Source of the DNA: Trypanosoma brucei
Taxonomy: Eukaryota
Direction: 5' to 3'
Length of the DNA: 64,000 bases
Assembly (NCBI GenBank): GCA_000002445.1
Contig: CP000071.1
Span: 2,400,001 to 2,464,000 of the forward strand
Shown here: positions 22,335 through 33,365 of the stretch, one piece after another
Position numbering within the stretch: the stretch's first letter is position 1
Layout: each line of letters opens with the position of its first letter
Notes under the pieces: generated by a model
The model's database searches: none
Seen by the model: the letters and a program-made list of their open reading frames with translations, nothing else
Told to the model about the DNA's origin: nothing
Translations under genes and position numbers: made by a program

Positions 22335-22962
22335 CATGAACTCTTTTTGATACCAGAGGCTGTGATCCTCTGAGGGGAGGGGTAATTTAATTATTCACAC
22401 AAACTGCAGTGGGATGTGCCGCGAGTTGTTGTTTGGGTGAGGAGCGGCACACGGGGAGAGCAGTGGAAAAAGAAGGCAACTGCAATGAGGAAGCAAGTCA
22501 GATGTCTTTCCTGTGCTTTGGTAAGGTTTCAACAAGGCCGGAGGTCACTGTGAAACATCGTGTTATGTTTTTTTTTTTTGAGATTTGCTCATTTGTTGCC
22601 TCGTCATTTTTTCTTTTTTGCTCGTAACACACCCCTAAAGCAGACGCTTACCGCTAAAACAACATCTCCGATGATACACACATGGTGGTCACACAGATGA
22701 ATTTCTTACCTATGCATCCAATCACAGTACCGGCTTCAGCGGGACGTGTTTTTCGTACATTCGTGCTTTGGGTACCAGCAGGGATGCATCCCGGAGTAAA
22801 CTTTTAAACGGTTGTTCATCGCGCACAGTGTTTCTTTGGTATCATTGTTTCTAATGTATTTCTAATCCCTACCCGTTGTGTGTGTAGTAGTATGGGTCAA
22901 AACAGTCAAAAACTTTTGTAAAGGAAGAGAAAGGACATACATACCTTTGTTTAGGGTGCGCA

Positions 22963-24951
22963 ATGACTGCAGTTAAGGAGCCTCGGGTAGATTTTGAACT
23001 GCACAACTCTTCCATAGCGCGTGACGACGCCTGCCTCCAGTGGCTTTTCTCACGATACCGCGCACACACATCAACTACGTTACCGTCAAGGAGTGACACC
23101 AGTGCTGCACCAACAACAAAGGGGAATGATAACATTAAAAACGCTACAGAAGCACTGTTAGTTCAATTGGAGAATGACGTTACCGCCTGCAAGGCTCTCC
23201 GCTGGGAGAAATTCAGGTACAGCTCACCAATATATGAGGCAGCATCACCAACTTACCCACTGCGAAGGGGCTCCACAATTGAAACGGTTGTTGAGGAGGT
23301 TGAAGATTCCGCTGCCACTACCGGAACAGTGGGGAAACCGCATCGCGTTCTCCGCGTAAAACTTCAGGAATCCTCTCCCAAACATGATCATGAAGCTCGC
23401 GTCAGGAGCGTGCAGGAGGAGCCATCCCGCCACGTATTCGCTGAGATGTTGAGGAAGAAGAATAGGGAGAACCTTGTAAGGAGCATTGAAGAAGCGGAAG
23501 CCGCTCGTGGCCACAACGGACACTCGGGATGGTTGCGACCGTATTTTGGTGGTTATTTCCACATGCCGCTTCCCCGCGGCCCCACAAGGTTCCTCGTTTT
23601 CCCACAGTGGCACCACGACGTCACTGTCGCAACTGAGAAGCAGCAATGGTTTCCATACTTCCTGCGTGGGAGTTGTTATCAAAAGGTCCCACATGCACGT
23701 GTCCCTATTGTTGGCGACGCTGTTGGCCCACTCCGCATGCCGTGGAATGACTTAGTTCTGGCTGTGTCTTTTGCGCGAGAATTCCCGAGAGAACTCTCCG
23801 AGGACTTTGGGGATCGGGTGAGGTTGTGGCGGGATGTTGATGCCATTTACTTGGATGGGCACGCCAATCAAGTGCGTACTGAGCGCCTGGTGCTCTGCAA
23901 GACACGTAGCAAGTCACCAGAAATGAGCCATCTGTCTGCAGGTGAGACTGCAGTAGTTGGCATGACAGAAGAGGCGGAGGCCGAGGGGAAGGAGACGGAG
24001 ACGGAAATCATTACCACAAAACTTCGTGAGTCGGGGTTTCGTGCGTCACTGCAATTTCGCAACCCACGTTACTCACTCACCGTGAAGGGTACCACTTGTA
24101 TCCCAGAGAGGGCACCGAATCAAAGAATTACTTCATTGTTAGTGCTGGATGAGTATGACAGCTTTGTTCAGCACTTCACGTCCCCATTTTTGCGTTGGCT
24201 TTTTCCACGTGCAACGTACTGTTTGCGGTGGGCTGGTGGTCCCGGCGTGGACTTCAATAGCGATGAGCGTTCATTGACATTCTTCGGTAAACTGTGGTCG
24301 GAGTGGTGGGTTGAGCTGCCACTCCGCGCGGACCGTTTCTTTCTTCGGCTTCGAAACAAATCATCCCTCGTGCAGCCGCTTACCGCTGGGCAGTGGAAGC
24401 AAACATTTTCGGACGTCCAAGTCAACGGAAGCCATGGGAACCACGCGGTCAGGAGCGGAGAACACTCTTTATTTTGGGCTACGCAAGGCCCGGTGTGGGA
24501 TGCGGGTCTCATACGCGGATTCCGTGACATATATCCGGGTATGCACTACGCCTCGAGGTGGTATACGGTGCTCTCCATGGAATTGGGCTTCGGCGGCAAG
24601 TTGCGGGACGAATCCAAAATGCTCGTTGACGGAGCGTCTCAAACCGGTTGGAGAAAACCAGGTGGAATGATTTATGCGAACGCCTGTTTGATGGACTCCT
24701 TCAAGAACCCACCGCGAGCATCTATGGGATTCTCCTTGACTAGCGGGCCACGTGCCAAAGAGGACGCCTTCAACACCCTTGCGCCCTCGTCCTTTGAGTG
24801 TAATTTTAACTGGTGGTTGAAGTTTGGTAGGGACGGTATGAAACTTTTGTCAGGTCTTGTTGAGGGTCAGTCGGTCGATAAAGCCGTATTGCGACCCTCG
24901 GCAACGGAGGCGTTTCACCATCTTCGCTGCGGGCTGACGTGGAACTTATGA
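22963..24951 (+). CDS. Hypothetical protein of 662 aa
   Basis: ATG at 22963. It is a long ORF with coherent composition and Trp-rich motifs (WHHDVTVATEKQQWFPYF, WSEWWVELP). No family could be assigned by eye. Confidence 0.5.
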   Translation: MTAVKEPRVDFELHNSSIARDDACLQWLFSRYRAHTSTTLPSRSDTSAAPTTKGNDNIKNATEALLVQLENDVTACKALRWEKFRYSSPIYEAASPTYPLRRGSTIETVVEEVEDSAATTGTVGKPHRVLRVKLQESSPKHDHEARVRSVQEEPSRHVFAEMLRKKNRENLVRSIEEAEAARGHNGHSGWLRPYFGGYFHMPLPRGPTRFLVFPQWHHDVTVATEKQQWFPYFLRGSCYQKVPHARVPIVGDAVGPLRMPWNDLVLAVSFAREFPRELSEDFGDRVRLWRDVDAIYLDGHANQVRTERLVLCKTRSKSPEMSHLSAGETAVVGMTEEAEAEGKETETEIITTKLRESGFRASLQFRNPRYSLTVKGTTCIPERAPNQRITSLLVLDEYDSFVQHFTSPFLRWLFPRATYCLRWAGGPGVDFNSDERSLTFFGKLWSEWWVELPLRADRFFLRLRNKSSLVQPLTAGQWKQTFSDVQVNGSHGNHAVRSGEHSLFWATQGPVWDAGLIRGFRDIYPGMHYASRWYTVLSMELGFGGKLRDESKMLVDGASQTGWRKPGGMIYANACLMDSFKNPPRASMGFSLTSGPRAKEDAFNTLAPSSFECNFNWWLKFGRDGMKLLSGLVEGQSVDKAVLRPSATEAFHHLRCGLTWNL

Positions 24952-26271
24952 CAATCTCAGCGTATCATTTGTTTGTTTACATGCTCATTTTGTCCCCCTC
25001 TTCGTTTTTATTTTTTCCGCTCCGGCAAGACGTCTACACAGTGTATTATTACTCAAGTGTACTGCTAGGCGGAGAGAGTAAGGCTGCACGGTTGAGAGTG
25101 AGTTGGTGTGTGTTGTGTCCCCTGGCGATGGCGTCCGGTCTTCGGCAGCAACGATTTCAATGAAGACACAAAGAAAATACGAACAAGAAAAAAAAGTGTT
25201 ACGCTACTTCTGTGCTGACTGCAACTCCCCATTCAGTAGTGGTGTTTTGGCTCCACACGTTATGTATTTGAGTTGCTGTTGAAGGTGCCGGGACCCAAAC
25301 CGTCCTCCTATCACATCTTATTTTTAACATTCTTCCTTGGCAATTCCCTGCGTTGGTATGTCTTCCCGCGCATTTATTTCGGACCTGTTTGGGTTGGTGT
25401 CGAATTTGGTTTGGCATCAGCGGCTGTGGGGGAGGGAGAGGTACGAGTGCTAATTGGAACAGGGCGAATGACCTATGTGAAGGATACCAAAATAATGCAA
25501 AAAATAGCAGCGGTTCATGTCCCTTTCTTTTCCGGCTGTAATCCTTAGTTTCTTTTTCGGTGTATCTGCGATTAACCTTGTCTTTTTTTTTTACGCTGAT
25601 TTGCACGGGCATGCTTCGCCGAGCTGTGTGTTACGTGTGCCACGTGATGGTACTGTAATTCTGTCGCAGGGGTAAACGTGCAACGAACGGAACTCTGGTG
25701 AGTATTTTCTCGTGTTTTTTTTTTCACTGGCGCGGGGGTTTTGAGTTGCCACACACCTCCTCGTCTGGCTGTTGAAGGGGAGTTGTGCCTTCAGTGTACT
25801 TTCTGCATTACGACCAACTGGTGATTGGAAATCATACATGTTTTGTTAAGAACTGCACATTTTGCACTCCTTCCCGGCCTATCATGTGGTGACACACATA
25901 TACATGCATAAAGAGGGATAAACAAAGAAACTTCAACGATTCGCCTGAGCGGCCGGTATCCAATTGCCGTTTTGTTCATCTCTTTGAAACTACGCACCAT
26001 TGTTGTTGTTTTTCCCCCTCCTCTTCCCAATGGACCAAACGCGCATCGGTTCTTCACTATCGTCACGAGCAAATTCCTGGATTCACACATATTCCCCGTT
26101 GTGGTGTTCTCCTGTGTGAGGTGCAGCGGCGATCACCGTTCCGCATCACTTTTTTTCTGAATTTAACCCCATTGTTTTCACTTCTATCGCTGGTTTCTCA
26201 AACAATTCACAAACTTGTTTTTCGTCCTTGCAACACTTTTTAAATTAGAAAATAATAATACATACATAGGT

Positions 26272-28842
26272 ATGAATCTTGAGGTCGTGGATGCCACGGC
26301 TGAAGCACTGCCGCTGGAGTTGCTGAATGCGGTTAACAAGGAGCTTACTGCGCAACTCTCACGCCATGAAGAAATACATGACGGACACGTTCGGGAAGTT
26401 CAGGACCAGCGGCGCCGTCTGGAGTTTGTGAAAGAACACCTGGGCAATGTGCGTGGCGAAATTGTAAATACGCAAGCCCTAGCTGACAGTAAAAAGCGCG
26501 AAATGGAGTCCGAGTTGCACATGTACCGGTTGCTGCTTCGTGAGTGCGGTAGACTCAAGCAGAGACAGACGCAAATGCAGGCGGAGCAGGCAGATGTGCA
26601 AGAGAGGCTGCAGGTCGTGCAGGACCGCTTATTCACGGAGAACCTCCGCATGGCGGAGCTGAAGAATTCTATGGCGTACAATCAGGAGGCGCTTGAGCAG
26701 TGGGACGCGGCACGCCAACAAAAGGAGTCGGATGAAGCGGCTGTTGCGCGGTATGCGAAAGATGATGCGGTAAAGTTACGCCAACTCGACAATGCAGTTG
26801 AGCGGCATGAGGCGCAGTTGCGGGAGCGACGAAGACAACTTCAGGACGAGGTCGCAGTTATGTACAGTGTGCAGTTGGAACTTAATCGCGTGGCGACGGA
26901 CTACCGGCGCCAACACAAAGAGCGCGGTGACTTAATCAATGAGTGGGAGCGCGTTGTGAAGGAGATCCGCGAGCGTGACAATTCCATCCGAGCAGCAGCC
27001 CAGCAGTACGCGGAAGGGGCTGAATGGATTGAGCAGCGGCGCGTAGCACTGAAAAAGTTGCACGATGACTACGACGCTGCGCGTGCGGAGGAGGCACTCA
27101 TGCAAGCGGGCATTGAGGAGCGCGAGCACCGTGCGGAGAAGAGCCGCCAAACCCGATCATCACTGGAAACGCATGTCACTGGATTGGAGAATGAGGTGGA
27201 AACAATACGAGAGGAACTTGGACGCTCCATAAAGGAGCGCAACAACGCCCGTATCCGTTTGGAGCAGTCAAAGGCGGCAGTGCGCGACAAAACAGCAGCT
27301 CACCAGCGTCTCACGGCTAAAAGGGATGACTTGAAAGAACAGAAGAGTAGCGTGTACAGTAAGGGAGCGGATCTTTCGACGCAGTTGGCCACGATCGGCA
27401 GGCTCTTCAAGGAGGCGCAGGATGCTGAAAAGCAGATGGATAAGGAGACTGAAATGTTGAAGAAAGAAAATTTTACGATGAGTGAGAGGCTCAAAGAAGT
27501 GCGCCGGGAACAATCAGATCTTCTCGCGGAGATAAGTGGTGGGCAGCTGCAGGCTCAGAATCTGAGGACCAAAATCGGGCAACTCGACGGCCAGTACTTC
27601 GCGCAACAGCAGGTGCTTTACGGTGTAGAGTTTTCCGTTCAGCAGATGCAGCGGAAAGTTAACCGCGCCAAGGGTGAGCGGTCTTTGGATGAGCGCAACA
27701 AGCTGCATGAAAAAATAGCAGCTTTGCAGAATACATTGAACGATTTAACAAAGCAGCAGCGCGCGATGGAGACTCAGGTTAAGCGTGTGCGCGAAGAAAC
27801 GTGGCACGCAAATGTCGAGTTGGAACGGCTTACTTCAGAGAAGAAGGTCGCGGGGGAGAAGTTGTTGCAGCTGAGTCTAGGTTGCGACAGCTGCACTGCC
27901 GAACTGACAAAGCTTCGCAAACAACACGAAGAGAAGTTGGTGCTTGTTGACACTCAAGAGCTGCAATTACAGGATCTGAAGCGCACATTGCATCAGCGGA
28001 ATGGTGAGCTCGGTACTCTCGCCGAGCGGAAGCGACAGTTAACATGTGATATCGCGGAGCGGCTTTCTGAGATTGCCGTGCATCATGATATGATGAAGAT
28101 GGAGGCTAAACTCGTAGAGGAGCAGCGGCGGCGTCTTGTGTCAGATTTGCGTGAGAGGCAAAAGGCGCTTGTCGGCCTTCGCAACCGTTACGACGTTCAG
28201 CTCGTGCGTCTTGATCCTGAGAAGGCAAATTGGACTCCAGCGCAAGTTGTTATGGAGGCAGCGCGCGAGCGGGAGGATTTGCAATTGCGTGGTGACACCT
28301 TAGATGCCCGCGTGAGCCGAATGGAACGGGAGATGGCAAAGTTAAAGCGGACACTAGATGTCATTCGCGCGAGCAATTCGAACTACCGCCACATGTTTGA
28401 CCCCGTGCCGGAGAGTCACGACATGGTAAAAATGCGCATAGCACTCCAACAGCAGCAACGAGACTTAAAGGCAGCTGTGAGTCGACGCGTGATGGAGCTG
28501 AATGATTACCAGCAGGTAATGGAAAGCAAGGAGCAAGACCTCCGGCAGACACTGGAAAAAAAGGAGAGGGCGCGAGCTACCGTAGAAAACCTGCAGCAAG
28601 CATGCGAGCAGGTACATGAAGGGATTATGCAAGCCCGGGAGACAGTTATTCGCTACACCCAAACCATACAGAAGGCAAGCGCCAATGTAGCACCGGAGGT
28701 TGTGGCAGATGTCGAACTCCAGGAGAACCGGGAGATGTTCAACAGTGCGTTGGGTCGTTTGCTGCAGTTGGCACAACAGCATGGTGATGAAGTTCGCCAC
28801 CATGTGCAGACCTTGCTGGCCAGTCGTTTTGTAGTTGAGTAG
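26272..28842 (+). CDS. Large coiled-coil protein of about 856 aa
   Basis: The ORF track start at 26215 is TTG, and the first in-frame ATG is at 26272 (MNLEVVDATAEAL...). Nearly the entire protein is E/R/Q/L-rich heptad-like sequence (e.g. RRRLEFVKEHLGNVRGEIVNTQALADSKKREMESELHMYRLLL), typical of cytoskeletal or flagellar coiled-coil proteins. Confidence 0.65.
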   Translation: MNLEVVDATAEALPLELLNAVNKELTAQLSRHEEIHDGHVREVQDQRRRLEFVKEHLGNVRGEIVNTQALADSKKREMESELHMYRLLLRECGRLKQRQTQMQAEQADVQERLQVVQDRLFTENLRMAELKNSMAYNQEALEQWDAARQQKESDEAAVARYAKDDAVKLRQLDNAVERHEAQLRERRRQLQDEVAVMYSVQLELNRVATDYRRQHKERGDLINEWERVVKEIRERDNSIRAAAQQYAEGAEWIEQRRVALKKLHDDYDAARAEEALMQAGIEEREHRAEKSRQTRSSLETHVTGLENEVETIREELGRSIKERNNARIRLEQSKAAVRDKTAAHQRLTAKRDDLKEQKSSVYSKGADLSTQLATIGRLFKEAQDAEKQMDKETEMLKKENFTMSERLKEVRREQSDLLAEISGGQLQAQNLRTKIGQLDGQYFAQQQVLYGVEFSVQQMQRKVNRAKGERSLDERNKLHEKIAALQNTLNDLTKQQRAMETQVKRVREETWHANVELERLTSEKKVAGEKLLQLSLGCDSCTAELTKLRKQHEEKLVLVDTQELQLQDLKRTLHQRNGELGTLAERKRQLTCDIAERLSEIAVHHDMMKMEAKLVEEQRRRLVSDLRERQKALVGLRNRYDVQLVRLDPEKANWTPAQVVMEAAREREDLQLRGDTLDARVSRMEREMAKLKRTLDVIRASNSNYRHMFDPVPESHDMVKMRIALQQQQRDLKAAVSRRVMELNDYQQVMESKEQDLRQTLEKKERARATVENLQQACEQVHEGIMQARETVIRYTQTIQKASANVAPEVVADVELQENREMFNSALGRLLQLAQQHGDEVRHHVQTLLASRFVVE

Positions 28843-29624
28843 CATTTCGAGGGAATTGGCAAGCGGTGATTTGTCGTTCCTTGCGTATGTGGAGGAGACA
28901 AAGTAGCTTTTATGGGAAGCATCATCTATGTATATGTTGAATTGTGTGAAACTTTCTGTGTCGCCCACAACTATCGAATTGTTAGGACAGCAACTCCTGC
29001 GCATCCTACGTTGTAGTTCCTGTCAGTATCGCCACATTTGTTCTGACCTTTTCTCCCTCAGTGATGGTGATTATCTTTGTGAGGAAGAATTGCGACAAAA
29101 AACTGTTAATCGCACGTATCTGAGTGCAACATGTATGACAGAGAGTCTGTCGTGCTGACTGGATGTAGTGAACAAACAAAGGGCGATGTGTTAGTGTTGT
29201 TTAATGCCCTCCCAGGTGGGCACGTCGCATGTGACTCGCAGCCACGTTAGCAGCTGGGGAGAGGGGCCACAGTGACTTATTGAAATCAGTTTGTCCCGTG
29301 GGGAAGTGCCGATGCAGTTTAATGAATATATAATTTCCCTTTCACAACTGTTATTTGGAAGCTAATGTGCGGCCATCCCTCTCTGCGCGGTTGATTTTCA
29401 CAGGAAACTGTGCGCGCCACCGCACTTCTCAGCATGCCTAAACTTACGGGACAAAACACATTCTCCTCCGCTTGTCTTATTCCTTGTTACAAAAACCGAC
29501 TATTTTGACGTGTGTTCTCGGTCTAGCATAGTTCCACCAAACCAGCAATCATTTACTCGAAGCGTTAAGCAGAATTAAGACCATTGTTGGTAAGTTTGAT
29601 CGACTGGCTCATTATCTGTAGCAC

Positions 29625-30023
29625 ATGTACTTCGAAGAGGAAGAGAATAATGATGACTACAATAAGGCTGAAGGTGATGAGTCACCACGCAGTCGAGCAT
29701 CTTCAAACGTGTCAGACATGCCGATGCCTCCTCTTCCGCCCCCAACACCACCAGCCGATGTATACGGCTTAGCTACAGAGGAGATTTACAGCATCATCAA
29801 AGAATTACGGCGGCAGATTGATGACCCAACAACCCACCATGACATCAAGGCCATGCTGAAGAAGGAACCTTCCATTCTTTTGGCCGTCACTCGGGTCCTG
29901 CATGAGTCCGGACTCCTACGACGTGGTGTTGTGAATGCACATGGACAAGTGGAGGAGCAGATTGTGCCCCTTCCTGAAGCCCCAGCCCCGCCGTTGCCAA
30001 CGGGGTATAGCAGTTGGGTATAG
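29625..30023 (+). CDS. Small hypothetical protein of 132 aa, weakly supported
   Basis: ATG-initiated ORF with an acidic N-terminus, proline-rich tracts (PMPPLPPPTPP; PEAPAPPLP) and a helical segment (EEIYSIIKELRRQIDDPTTHHDIKAMLKKEPSILLAVTRVLHESGLL). It is short, so it could be a chance ORF. Confidence 0.3.
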   Translation: MYFEEEENNDDYNKAEGDESPRSRASSNVSDMPMPPLPPPTPPADVYGLATEEIYSIIKELRRQIDDPTTHHDIKAMLKKEPSILLAVTRVLHESGLLRRGVVNAHGQVEEQIVPLPEAPAPPLPTGYSSWV

Positions 30024-31225
30024 GTGAATGTCCAAAGCTGTTGTTGCACACAAGTTAATAACATCCGCTTCGCCGTTAACACTCCGTACACATTTCAGGC
30101 TCGTCGTGGGAATCGGACATGTAGGTTTATACGCGTGCCTGACTGTTACGCATTGCACCAACCCCCAAATTTACGTTTGGTTGACTAGGAAGTTAGGGTT
30201 GAAACTAGTAGGAAAGTAATGGCAAACACGGCTCTGCTGGAGCGAGAATATGCGCTACCACCGATGGGCGAGCTGTGCTTAGCGACCGCAAGCAGCGGCG
30301 GCGCTGCAACCGTTACGCTTCTTGCTCATAGTGTCGGTGAAAGTCTGTAACCGCGCGCTAGTGCTTTTTTGACAGAGTTGTTTCCAGGTGTGCGTTACCC
30401 TAATTATTTTTTTACGTGCTTCCTGTAGCTTAAACACCTAGCTCTTCTTCCTGATAGTCGCTACGGAGATCATGCTCTTCATCGGATGAAATCGTCGCTG
30501 TAGTCCACTGAAAGAGGCGGCACATCAAAAGGCAGTTGCAATGAACGGCTTATATGAAACACTCTCGTTAACGCAGGGAAAAAGTTGTTGCTATAAGAAT
30601 GTTTGCTACTCTACTTACTCAAATACACGGTAAGATTAGCCCAAGTTGTCAATGCCAATATCTCAGTGTCACCACCTCTTTCACGGATACAAAACTTTCA
30701 CTTCTCATATTAAGGTTTCGCAGTCGATCTCACCGCCACCAGATGTCACCAATAAGAAAATACTCCCCTAGTTCTATACATGCGCCCTAATTTCTGCCAC
30801 ACATTCTACTAATTTTGTTGTTTCGTTCCTTCTCTTATCCTTATTGCTTCAGGGTTTGTGTAGGTAAAGAAGTGTCATGACGTGATGTGTATTGGCTGCG
30901 TGTATTTGAAGCCAGACGCTGGTGAAGACTGACAGCTTATAGTCGGTAAGAACTGTTAGTTTACTATACGTGTGGGTTAACAGTAACTATCCCCTCCTTC
31001 TGTTGCCGTTTCATGGTTCGATGGCGTAGAGAAATTAACTGTGCGTTGTTATACTGACAGTGCTTCTATTGTTGCAGTGGGATTTTGTTTTCTTGCGATG
31101 TGAGCAGCATTACACTTTGCTGCTTTCCCTTTTTCCAATGCACATGTTCACCTTTCGTGTTTAATTGCTTGTTATCACAATTCCAATAGGTTAGGTCACA
31201 TTATTCCTTGCGTAGTGGAAGTGAA

Positions 31226-32608
31226 ATGCGAGCCACCAAAAAGCATCCGAATGATGGAAAGGGAGCCACTACCGATCCATTTGTTGACGGCAGCGATCCA
31301 ATTCCTTCTGAGGTCGCTGCTTTCGATCCTTTGCAGCAGGAACATGTTGATGTGGTAAAGGAAGTGAAACCCTCGCTTTTCGCCGTACTTCTTGAGAAGT
31401 TTATTCCCCATGGTGGATTGTGGTCCTGTGCCCTGAACCTGGCCTCTGCTACATTGGGTGCTGGCATTTGCTCACTGCCTGCAGGTTTCAATTTGAGTGG
31501 GATTGTTATGTCCTGCATTTACCTTGTTTGCGTTGCGGTTGGCACGGTGTACTCTCTTAATCTTCTTGCAAAGGTTGCAGTGAAGACGGGATCGCGTAAT
31601 TACGGAGAAGCTGCCAAAGCAGTGATGGGTCCACTTGCTGGTTACTACACGGCAGCGCTTATGATAGTGATGTGTTTTGGCGGCTCCGTTGCTTACATCA
31701 TCATTATTGGTATCATTTTGAAGGCTGTGCTCAATCGTGATGGTGTTCCGGAATATTTGAAATCAGAAAGTGGTAATCGGCTAATGACATCCATGGTGTG
31801 GTTGGTGATTATCTTGCCTATGTGCATTCCCAAGCAGGTTAATTCATTGCGCCACTTATCCTTTGTGGGTGTGATGTTTATTGTGTATTTTTCATGTGTT
31901 GTTATTGGCCATTCCATTAATAAGATCATTAATGAGGGTGTCGCTGATGGCATCGTGTACATGCGCACTGGAAATAGCGCTTTAGATGGCTTATCACTAT
32001 TTCTCTTCTCATTTATCTGCCAGCCGAACGCATTTGAAATATTCCGTGAGATGAAACACCGGTCGCCGCAACGCTTCACAATATATGGTACTGTCGGCAT
32101 GTCAATGTGTGCTGTGCTTTACTTCCTGGTTGGTTTATTTGGTTATTTGGAGTTTGGAGGGGATGCCATTGACACAGTGCTGTCTCTATATGATCCAGGT
32201 GAGAATGTTGCCGTTGCAATTGCGTACATTGGGGTTGCTGCCAAGGTTTGTGTTGCCTTTGCTTTGCACATCATACCAATGCGTGATGCACTGTACCATT
32301 GTACGGGTTGGCATGTTGATACTGTACCGTACTGGAAGCATTCCCTCATTGTGACGTCTATTACTTTAGCGGCTCTACTAATGGGACTCTTCATTCCGAA
32401 AGCATCCACTGTTTTTGGTCTCGTTGGTGCTTTCTGTGGCGGTCATATCGGACTTGTGTTGCCTCCGTTGTTCTACATGTACTCAGGTGGCTTCACGAGG
32501 GAAAAAGTTGGTAATATTGATTTCTTTGGCACTTATCTCCTTCTTTTTGTTGGTGTTGTGGCTGTTGTATTTGGCACGGTTTCAACAATATACAACACGG
32601 TGCCGTAG
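31226..32608 (+). CDS. Amino acid transporter of the AAT/AAAP family, type 1 copy
   Basis: The ORF track start at 31208 is TTG, and the first in-frame ATG is at 31226 (MRATKKHPNDG...). There are about 11 predicted TM helices. The conserved N-terminal AAAP motif is present (SCALNLASATLGAGICSLP). The protein is near-identical to the 39465 copy. Confidence 0.85.
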   Translation: MRATKKHPNDGKGATTDPFVDGSDPIPSEVAAFDPLQQEHVDVVKEVKPSLFAVLLEKFIPHGGLWSCALNLASATLGAGICSLPAGFNLSGIVMSCIYLVCVAVGTVYSLNLLAKVAVKTGSRNYGEAAKAVMGPLAGYYTAALMIVMCFGGSVAYIIIIGIILKAVLNRDGVPEYLKSESGNRLMTSMVWLVIILPMCIPKQVNSLRHLSFVGVMFIVYFSCVVIGHSINKIINEGVADGIVYMRTGNSALDGLSLFLFSFICQPNAFEIFREMKHRSPQRFTIYGTVGMSMCAVLYFLVGLFGYLEFGGDAIDTVLSLYDPGENVAVAIAYIGVAAKVCVAFALHIIPMRDALYHCTGWHVDTVPYWKHSLIVTSITLAALLMGLFIPKASTVFGLVGAFCGGHIGLVLPPLFYMYSGGFTREKVGNIDFFGTYLLLFVGVVAVVFGTVSTIYNTVP

Positions 32609-33365
32609 TATGATGATGATTTCTACGCGGGTATGTTCTTGGTGCACACATACTTTATTTTTTATCCATAGGTATTGCTTGTGTATATCCACATGCGCAA
32701 ATATATATTTATATATTTGTACCGTGTAATATTTAATGGGTTGTGATTTCTTTCATTTTCTTTGCAGTAGCAATATTTCTATGGATCTTCATCTTTCGGT
32801 TGCTCCCACATCTTGTCAGTGATTTATCACTATTATTACATTCTTTTGTGAAAATTATATATGTCGTTTCTTTATGATAACTGAATCCAGTTATTCATTT
32901 GTCGTACTCCCTTTTGTTTCCATTTTCCCCAAAAGGAGAGAGCACACACAACGGTTGGTGTCCCTTTCCACACTTGTTGTTATTGTTATCATTATTATCG
33001 GGCTAAACTTAGCATTATTCCTCCCCTAGTGTCACTGCTGCTGTCAACTGGGTTATTGTTGTATCTCTTCTCTTTTGTCAGTCTTAGTGATTCAACTGTT
33101 GGAGGAAAAGATCAGGGGCAAGACGTTGTGGTAACGTGTAACGAGATCGGATATCTGTGTTTGAGTTACTGGTTCCGTTTTTTGTTTGCAGTACACATCT
33201 CTTTGTTTGTCGACTTCCTATTGACTTCCAGCACTTTGTATAGAGTTTGCTACAGATGTATTTATTATCTTCTTTCTGGTATGTCTTTCAAAATCTCTTC
33301 GTTTTCACTTGGATGTTATATTACTATCTTGAAGCGTAAGGTTCGTATCATAATACGCTACCAAT

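Noticed and set aside
28465-29004. 179-aa minus-strand ORF overlapping the 3' end of the coiled-coil gene
   Set aside because: It is the antisense of a strongly supported + strand gene, and its composition is atypical.
30219-30349. Short ATG ORF (about 43 aa, MANTALLEREYALPPMGELCLATASSGGAATVTLLAHSVGESL) upstream of the array
   Set aside because: It is too short and unsupported, and it lies within the intergenic or 5' region of the transporter array.
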